A stretch of 64,000 bases of DNA from the NCBI GenBank assembly GCA_963848635.1, contig CAWKEA010000005.1, positions 15,275 through 79,274 on the forward strand. Reading direction: 5' to 3'. Source of the stretch: an uncultured bacterium. Its GTDB lineage: Bacteria; Patescibacteriota; Minisyncoccia; Phycocordibacterales; PALSA-1337. The position numbers and the translations under genes are program-made. Below are positions 58,533-64,000 of the stretch, piece after piece; position 1 is the first letter of the stretch; the number at the start of each line of letters is the position of its first letter. Under the pieces are notes generated by a model that was not told where the DNA came from, searched no databases, and worked only from the letters and a program-made list of their open reading frames with translations.

Positions 58533-59498
58533 CTAAGCAAGAACGCCTATCGCCTTTTTCGCTTCCTCAAGCTTGGCGTCAGCGATCTTTTTTGCAGCGA
58601 TTCCCCCTTTTTCCAAAATCTTCAAGACTTTTTTCGGGTCTTTTGCCAATTCGGCGCGGCGCTCGCGCATAGGTCTGATAAAGGCGTCGATGTCCTCGAT
58701 CAAAGCTTCCTTCAGTATCTTATACTTGCCCTTATTCGCATCGTAGACAGGCTTGAGCTCTGCTTCAGCCTTGAATAATTTGTGGATGGCATAGACATTC
58801 GCCGGTATGCCGCCGGCCTCTGGACCGCCTGAATCCGTCACAATAGACATGACAGCCTTTGTTATCTCGTCGCGGCTGGCAAAGAGCGGAATGGTGTTGC
58901 TATAGCTCTTTGACATCTTGCGACCGTCAATGCCAGGAACGATAGCGACATGGTCAAGGATAAGCGGCTCGGGCAGTTTGAACATCTCGGCCTTGAAAGC
59001 AAAATTGAATTTTTGCGCGATATCTCGGGCATATTCGACGTGTTGCTTTTGATCCTGCCCGACAGGCACAACATCTGTTCCATAAAGAAGGATATCCGCC
59101 GCCATGAGCACTGGATAGTTGAAAGTGCCGACATTTATTTCTTTGCCCTTCGCTTGAGCGTCCTTGAAAGCGTGCGCACGCTCGAGGTATGGCACTGTCA
59201 CGATCGTATCGAATATCCATGCGAGCTCTGTGTGCGCCGAAACGTCAGATTGTTTGAAGAGAATCGATTTTTTTGGGTCAAGGCCGATAGCGAGATAATC
59301 AAGAGCGAGCTCGAGCGTCAACTTGCGCATCTCTTCCTTGTCTTGGATCAAGTTCAACGCATGGTAATCTGCAATAAAAAGAAAACAGTCATAATCGCCG
59401 GTATTCTGCAGATCGACGAATTGCTTCATCGCGCCAAAGTAATTGCCGATATGAGCCTGACCGGTAGGCTTGACGCCAGAAAGTAAGGTTTTTTTCAT
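58533..59498 (-). CDS. trpS: Tryptophan--tRNA ligase
   Basis: SGVKPTG, HIGNY, YPVLMAADILLY and KMSKS. Confidence 0.96.
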   Translation of the reverse strand: MKKTLLSGVKPTGQAHIGNYFGAMKQFVDLQNTGDYDCFLFIADYHALNLIQDKEEMRKLTLELALDYLAIGLDPKKSILFKQSDVSAHTELAWIFDTIVTVPYLERAHAFKDAQAKGKEINVGTFNYPVLMAADILLYGTDVVPVGQDQKQHVEYARDIAQKFNFAFKAEMFKLPEPLILDHVAIVPGIDGRKMSKSYSNTIPLFASRDEITKAVMSIVTDSGGPEAGGIPANVYAIHKLFKAEAELKPVYDANKGKYKILKEALIEDIDAFIRPMRERRAELAKDPKKVLKILEKGGIAAKKIADAKLEEAKKAIGVLA

Positions 59499-59566
59499 AC
59501 ACTGAATGATACCAAAAAATAGTTGATTATGCCAAATGAGGCAGGGTGGGCGTATGACACCGCTTT

Positions 59567-60523
59567 TTATATCCCCTCCCCCTTCAATCCTTCAATCAAT
59601 TCTTTCGCCTTCTTGCTCAATTTTCGAGGCATTTCGACATGTGTGACAACGAGGAGGTCGCCGCGGTTTGTATGTGGATTGCCGGTAAATGCGCCGCGTG
59701 TCTCGTAAGGCACGCCCTTGCCCTTGATGCGCAGTATCTCGCCATGGCTCGTGCCGGCGGGAATCTGGAGCTCGATCGTGCCGTCGACTTCCGGATTCAA
59801 AGCCTTTATATCTATCGCACCGCCAGTCAAGGCAGTCGTCAGCTTTACCGGCAGATCCATGACAAGATTGAGGCCTTCCTTTCGGAACGTCGGATGCGTC
59901 TCGACCCAGACACGGACGATGAGGTCGCCGGGGCCCCCGTCGCCCTCTTCGCCTTTGCCTGCGACCCGCAGACCTTGGCTATTCTCGATGCCAGGCGGGA
60001 TCTTGACTACCAGCTTCTCCTTGCGGCCGCCGATCGAGAATTCCTTTTCAACTCCAAAGATCGAGTCTTTGAAGGAGATTTGCACATCTACCGTGACGTT
60101 TGCCCCTTTTCGCGGCCTGTGCCTGCCTCCTCCGCCGCCAAAAAAATCGCCAAAGAGGTCGCCGATGTCGAATTCAAACGACTGGCCATTAAAATTGCCA
60201 CCCTGTGTGAATTGAGAAAAGTCAAAGCCACCGAATCCCTGACCGCCGTTGAAGCCGCCAAAGCCGCCTTGAAAACCGCCGGCTCCTTGGTTAAAGCCAG
60301 CGCCGCCAGGCCCTGCCGAGCCGAACCGATCATATTGTGCTCGTTTATTATCATCCGACAATATGGCGTAGGCCTCGCTGGCCTCCTTGAACTTTTTCGA
60401 GGCTTCTTCATTGCCTTTATTCTTGTCGGGATGATATTTATGCGCGAGCTTGTAGAAGGCTTTTTTCAGCTCGTCTTTTGTGGCTGTCTTTTCGACGCCG
60501 AGTGTTTTGTAGTAATCTTTCAT
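59567..60523 (-). CDS. dnaJ: DnaJ-family co-chaperone lacking the zinc-finger region
   Basis: HPD J domain, G/F-rich linker and C-terminal domain; no CxxCxGxG repeats. Confidence 0.9.
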   Translation of the reverse strand: MKDYYKTLGVEKTATKDELKKAFYKLAHKYHPDKNKGNEEASKKFKEASEAYAILSDDNKRAQYDRFGSAGPGGAGFNQGAGGFQGGFGGFNGGQGFGGFDFSQFTQGGNFNGQSFEFDIGDLFGDFFGGGGGRHRPRKGANVTVDVQISFKDSIFGVEKEFSIGGRKEKLVVKIPPGIENSQGLRVAGKGEEGDGGPGDLIVRVWVETHPTFRKEGLNLVMDLPVKLTTALTGGAIDIKALNPEVDGTIELQIPAGTSHGEILRIKGKGVPYETRGAFTGNPHTNRGDLLVVTHVEMPRKLSKKAKELIEGLKGEGI

Positions 60524-60524
60524 A

Positions 60525-60791
60525 TTAATAGATTTGATCGTGCGATCCCATTCCGCGCAACGTAACGCTCTCTTCATCTAATGTGAATGTTATCCGCATA
60601 TCATAACCAACTCTGCACGCATGCAAATCTTTGAGCGCCCCATGAAGCCTGTGTGTCTTGAGCGACGGAGAGAACACATCTTTCTCGAGAAGCCGCACGA
60701 CGGATGACCATTTTTTCTTTATCGCAGGATTCTTACGCAGTATGTCGCGTGATAGCCTAACAAATGCCGGAGTTGCATAAACAGTTCGCAT
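60525..60791 (-). CDS. RelE/YafQ-like type II toxin
   Basis: PSLKTHRLHG...RVGYDMRITF...MGSHDQIY. Confidence 0.8.
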   Translation of the reverse strand: MRTVYATPAFVRLSRDILRKNPAIKKKWSSVVRLLEKDVFSPSLKTHRLHGALKDLHACRVGYDMRITFTLDEESVTLRGMGSHDQIY

Positions 60792-60805
60792 GGCATTATG
60801 TAGTT

Positions 60806-60994
60806 TTACAATCCCCTAGTGACTTCCGCGATGAGTGCATTTGCCGAGGTGTATTTTTTGGCTTTGCCGTTGCGGACCTCCCAGTCAGATTGCATCATTT
60901 CCAATTGAAAGAATTGCTTGCGCAGTTCGCTAATCATACTTGAGATCCTTTTTGATTGCTTCTTTATTTTTGTTGTAGTTGTAGCAATTTTCAT
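60806..60994 (-). CDS. Putative cognate antitoxin
   Basis: 62 aa directly upstream of the toxin; EVRNGKAKKYTSANALIAE tail. Confidence 0.65.
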   Translation of the reverse strand: MKIATTTTKIKKQSKRISSMISELRKQFFQLEMMQSDWEVRNGKAKKYTSANALIAEVTRGL

Positions 60995-61063
60995 AGGTTT
61001 ATTCTAACAATTTGGTCCTCATTTGCCTACTTGACACACATATTATTATGTGATAAGTTTTCA

Positions 61064-61231
61064 TTAGTTTCGCAAGGCTGAGTAGGCTTTGCATCGGTTC
61101 ATTGAATCAAAACTTTTTGGAATAATTGCCTGGTAGCCTTGATAATAATTCTTTTCCAAAGGCCCTCGTTCGCTCTCCCGACCCACCAACCAGTGGATTC
61201 GGGAAAGCCGACGAGGGTCCTTTTCTTTTTC
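61064..61231 (+). ncRNA. Candidate sRNA antisense to the dnaK-TA intergenic region
   Basis: TTGACA-17-TAAGTT (61031-61059), stem CAAGGCT/AGCCTTG, and a long GC hairpin at 61161-61220 followed by a U tract. Confidence 0.45.
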
Positions 61232-61360
61232 AGTGTCCATAAAAGTCGGCAAGATTATTGTCAACTTTTTGAAGTGGCAAAGAGCGCTATCCCTCTACTT
61301 CTTCTCCTTAAACTCGGCCCTGCTTCGCTAAAGCTACGCAGGACCTATTCGTATTTCGAG

Positions 61361-63280
61361 TTATTTCTTTTCTTTGAACTCGGCATCCTTCACATTATCT
61401 GCACCGCCTTCCCCGCCAGAATTCTGGCCACCTGCTTGACCGGCTTGGCCAGCTTGCGGGCCACCCTGCGGCGCTTGCTGTTGCATATACTGCCCTATCT
61501 TCTGAATCTCATCCGACAACGCACTTGTCGATGCTTTTATGGCTGCGAGGTCTGGCGTTGTCGAATCTTTGACGCGCTTCAAATCTGCGACTTTGTCCTC
61601 GATCAACTTGCGCAGATCGGCCGGCACTTTGTCGCCAGCGTCTTTGAGGGCCTTTTCGGCAGTATAGACGAGCTGTTCAGCGATGTTCTTTGCTTCGACA
61701 GCGTCCTTTTTTGCAGAATCAGCTGCGGCGTTCAATTCCGCGTCCTTTTTCATCTTCTCCACTTCTTCTTTTGAAAGGCCGGATGAAGCAGTGATTTTGA
61801 TGGAATTCGACTTCCCTGTCGCTTTGTCTTTTGCCGACACATTCAATATGCCGTTCGCGTCGATGTCGAAAGTGACTTCGATCTGCGGCATTCCGCGCGG
61901 CGCCGGAGAGATGCCGCCGAGATTGAACTGGCCAAGCGATTTGTTGTCAGCAGCGAGCGGGCGTTCGCCTTGTGTGATATGTATCGTCACTTCTGTCTGA
62001 TTGTCAGCGGCCGTCGAGAACGTCTGCGAGCGCTGTGTCGGCACAGTCGTGTTCTTTTCGATCAATTTCGTCGCCACGCCGCCCATGGTCTCGATGCCGA
62101 GCGACAGCGGAATGACATCGAGGAGAAGCACGTCATGAACATCGCCTCCGAGGATTCCTCCTTGGATAGCGGCGCCTACCGCAACCACCTCGTCTGGATT
62201 GACGCTCATATTCGGCTCCTTGCCAAAATATGCTTTCACTGCAGCCTGAATAGCAGGCATGCGCGTCTGGCCACCGACGAGGATAACTTCGTTGAGATCG
62301 CCAACTTTGAATGGTGATGCGTCCATTGCTTGCTTTGTTTTCGCCATGGCGCGATCGATGAATTCTGCACAGAGATTTTCGAGCTGTGCGCGGGTAAAGG
62401 TGACGAGCAAGTGCTTCGGCCCGTCAGCTCCGCTCGTTATGAACGGGATGTTTATTTCCGTCTGCATGGCCGTCGACAATTCGATCTTTGCCTTTTCTGC
62501 CGCTTCATCGAGGCGTTGCAGTGCAAGGGCGTCCTTCTTCAGATCGACGCCGTTCTCTTTCATAAAGGTGTCCGCGAGCCAATTGACTATCTTTGCATCA
62601 ATGTCGCGACCGCCGAGATGGCTGTCGCCATCGGTCGATTTGACTTCGATCGTATCGGCGCCGACTTCGAGCACGCTGATATCGAAGGTTCCGCCGCCGA
62701 AGTCGAAGACTGCGATCTTTTCGTCCTTTTTCTTGTTAAAGCCGTAGGCCAAGGCTGCCGCTGTCGGCTCGTTGATAATGCGTTTGACGTCGAGCCCGGC
62801 GATCTGGCCGGCGTCTTTTGTTGCCTGGCGCTGGCTATCGTTAAAGTAAGCCGGCACAGTTATGACCGCCTCTGTTATCTTTTCTCCGAGGCGCGTTTCG
62901 GCGTCTGTCTTTAATTTCTGCAGGATCATCGCGCTGACTTCCTCAGGACGCATCCATTTACCGGCGAGGTTCACTTCGATGCCGCCCGACGCCGATTTGC
63001 GCGTCTCGAATGGCACGTTCTTGATGTCTTTCTGCACGCCTGGATCGTCATACGTGTGACCCATAAAGCGCTTGATCTGAAAGATCGTATTTTTCGGGTT
63101 CGTCACAGCCTGCCTCTTTGCAAGGAGGCCGACGAGCCGTTCGCCTGTCTTTGACTGCGCGACTATCGAAGGCGTCGTTCGCGCGCCTTCTGCATTTTCG
63201 AGGACCTTTGGCGTTCCGGCTTCCATGACGGCTACTGCCGAGAACGTCGTTCCGAGGTCTATTCCTATTATTTTTGACAT
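61361..63280 (-). CDS. dnaK: Chaperone DnaK
   Basis: [23 protein letters not shown] and GGQTRMP. Confidence 0.98.
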   Translation of the reverse strand: MSKIIGIDLGTTFSAVAVMEAGTPKVLENAEGARTTPSIVAQSKTGERLVGLLAKRQAVTNPKNTIFQIKRFMGHTYDDPGVQKDIKNVPFETRKSASGGIEVNLAGKWMRPEEVSAMILQKLKTDAETRLGEKITEAVITVPAYFNDSQRQATKDAGQIAGLDVKRIINEPTAAALAYGFNKKKDEKIAVFDFGGGTFDISVLEVGADTIEVKSTDGDSHLGGRDIDAKIVNWLADTFMKENGVDLKKDALALQRLDEAAEKAKIELSTAMQTEINIPFITSGADGPKHLLVTFTRAQLENLCAEFIDRAMAKTKQAMDASPFKVGDLNEVILVGGQTRMPAIQAAVKAYFGKEPNMSVNPDEVVAVGAAIQGGILGGDVHDVLLLDVIPLSLGIETMGGVATKLIEKNTTVPTQRSQTFSTAADNQTEVTIHITQGERPLAADNKSLGQFNLGGISPAPRGMPQIEVTFDIDANGILNVSAKDKATGKSNSIKITASSGLSKEEVEKMKKDAELNAAADSAKKDAVEAKNIAEQLVYTAEKALKDAGDKVPADLRKLIEDKVADLKRVKDSTTPDLAAIKASTSALSDEIQKIGQYMQQQAPQGGPQAGQAGQAGGQNSGGEGGADNVKDAEFKEKK

Positions 63281-63402
63281 GATTTTGATATTTGACAATT
63301 AATGAGTAATATGCTAATCTATTTCCAGTTCTATTAACCTTAACAATTGCTCGTTTGACCAAGTAAACACTTGGAGGTTAGAGCAAAAGAAAGATTTTTG
63401 TT

Positions 63403-63675
63403 ATGAATGATAATTGGTGGAATATGTTGGCTGCCATCTTTATTCTCATCGTTTGTGTAGTTGTGGTAAGTATCCTTTTGTCGGTGTTAGTCGTGGAACC
63501 CCTACAAAGACGAAAATTTAATAAGGAGATGATTCACCTACACGGTCTGATTATGGATGACCCCAATTCAGATCCTGCCCTGGTCAAAGCAAGCGAGGAA
63601 GTGCGGCAACTCATCAAACTTGATAATCGAGTCCGTGCTCGGCTATCTCCCTTCCGTTATTTGCGACGGAATTGA
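63403..63675 (+). CDS. Small membrane-anchored hypothetical protein
   Basis: 90 aa with an N-terminal TM helix. Confidence 0.55.
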   Translation: MNDNWWNMLAAIFILIVCVVVVSILLSVLVVEPLQRRKFNKEMIHLHGLIMDDPNSDPALVKASEEVRQLIKLDNRVRARLSPFRYLRRN

Positions 63676-63807
63676 GAGCAACTGATTCACAAAGCGGTTT
63701 GGCATATGTCGGCCGCTTTTTCTTTTCCCTGTCTGCCGACAGACAAGCCAACTTTTTAATGAACTGCTTACCCGATGGCCTAGGGTGGTGGTATACTTTT
63801 TCGAGGC

Positions 63808-63837
63808 ATGTTTACAATGTATATACATTGTAAACAT
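63808..63837. promoter_or_regulatory. Perfect 30-bp palindrome, possible operator
   Basis: ATGTTTACAATGTAT-ATACATTGTAAACAT. Confidence 0.55.
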
Positions 63838-63929
63838 CGACTAAAAGAACATACGCCTACCCCACCTGCTCAACATTTTTTGTACGGTTCACCCCAAGTA
63901 TCTAAGCCTGCTTTTTTGAAGTTGAAGGC

Positions 63930-63998
63930 CTACTTTTCAATAACCTCCACAATCTTTGCCGGGCTTCTCTGCCCTTTCACCAACTTGACCGACTGGTT
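63930..63998 (-). CDS. C-terminal end of a probable DUF167/YggU protein (rest outside the window)
   Basis: NQSVKLVKGQRSPAKIVEVIEK* resembles the YggU tail (v.iv.G.tsr.K.v.i). Confidence 0.5.
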   Translation of the reverse strand, partial: NQSVKLVKGQRSPAKIVEVIEK

Positions 63999-64000
63999 TG

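Noticed and set aside
59639-60565. Long shadow ORFs opposite dnaJ (and similar ones opposite prfA, cysS, rpoC and dnaK)
   Set aside because: These are antisense frames of clear genes, expected from codon bias, and show no protein motifs.
63281-63400. CIRCE/HrcA operator upstream of dnaK
   Set aside because: No TTAGCACTC-N9-GAGTGCTAA is visible.

Overview
This window is chromosomal DNA from a small-genome bacterium, almost certainly Patescibacteria/CPR (Parcubacteria-like, genetic code 11). It is mostly housekeeping genes: frr, rseP, rpmE, prfA, tgt, fba, rplY, lexA, alkA, rbfA, infB, iscS, rpoBC, cysS, rplI, rpmA, gltX, murG, ftsW, scpAB, trpS, dnaJ and dnaK. It also holds a type IV pilus/T2SS cluster, four tRNA genes, a complete IS with terminal IRs and a 5-bp target duplication, a 1717-aa surface protein, an HNH gene that runs into a tRNA, and a toxin-antitoxin pair between dnaK and dnaJ. 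rpoB, ftsW and a LOG gene carry single-base frameshifts that look like assembly errors. The best leads for something undescribed are four. (i) A 68-nt tRNA/tmRNA-like RNA with an Ala-type acceptor, which sat directly beside a structured sRNA before the IS inserted between them. (ii) A pair of Xer/dif-like 42-bp direct repeats bracketing a 2-kb AT-rich module of orphan genes. (iii) Four heptamer-periodic inverted-repeat spacers between co-directional genes. (iv) Several promoter-plus-terminator sRNA candidates. All calls were made by eye; no searches were run.
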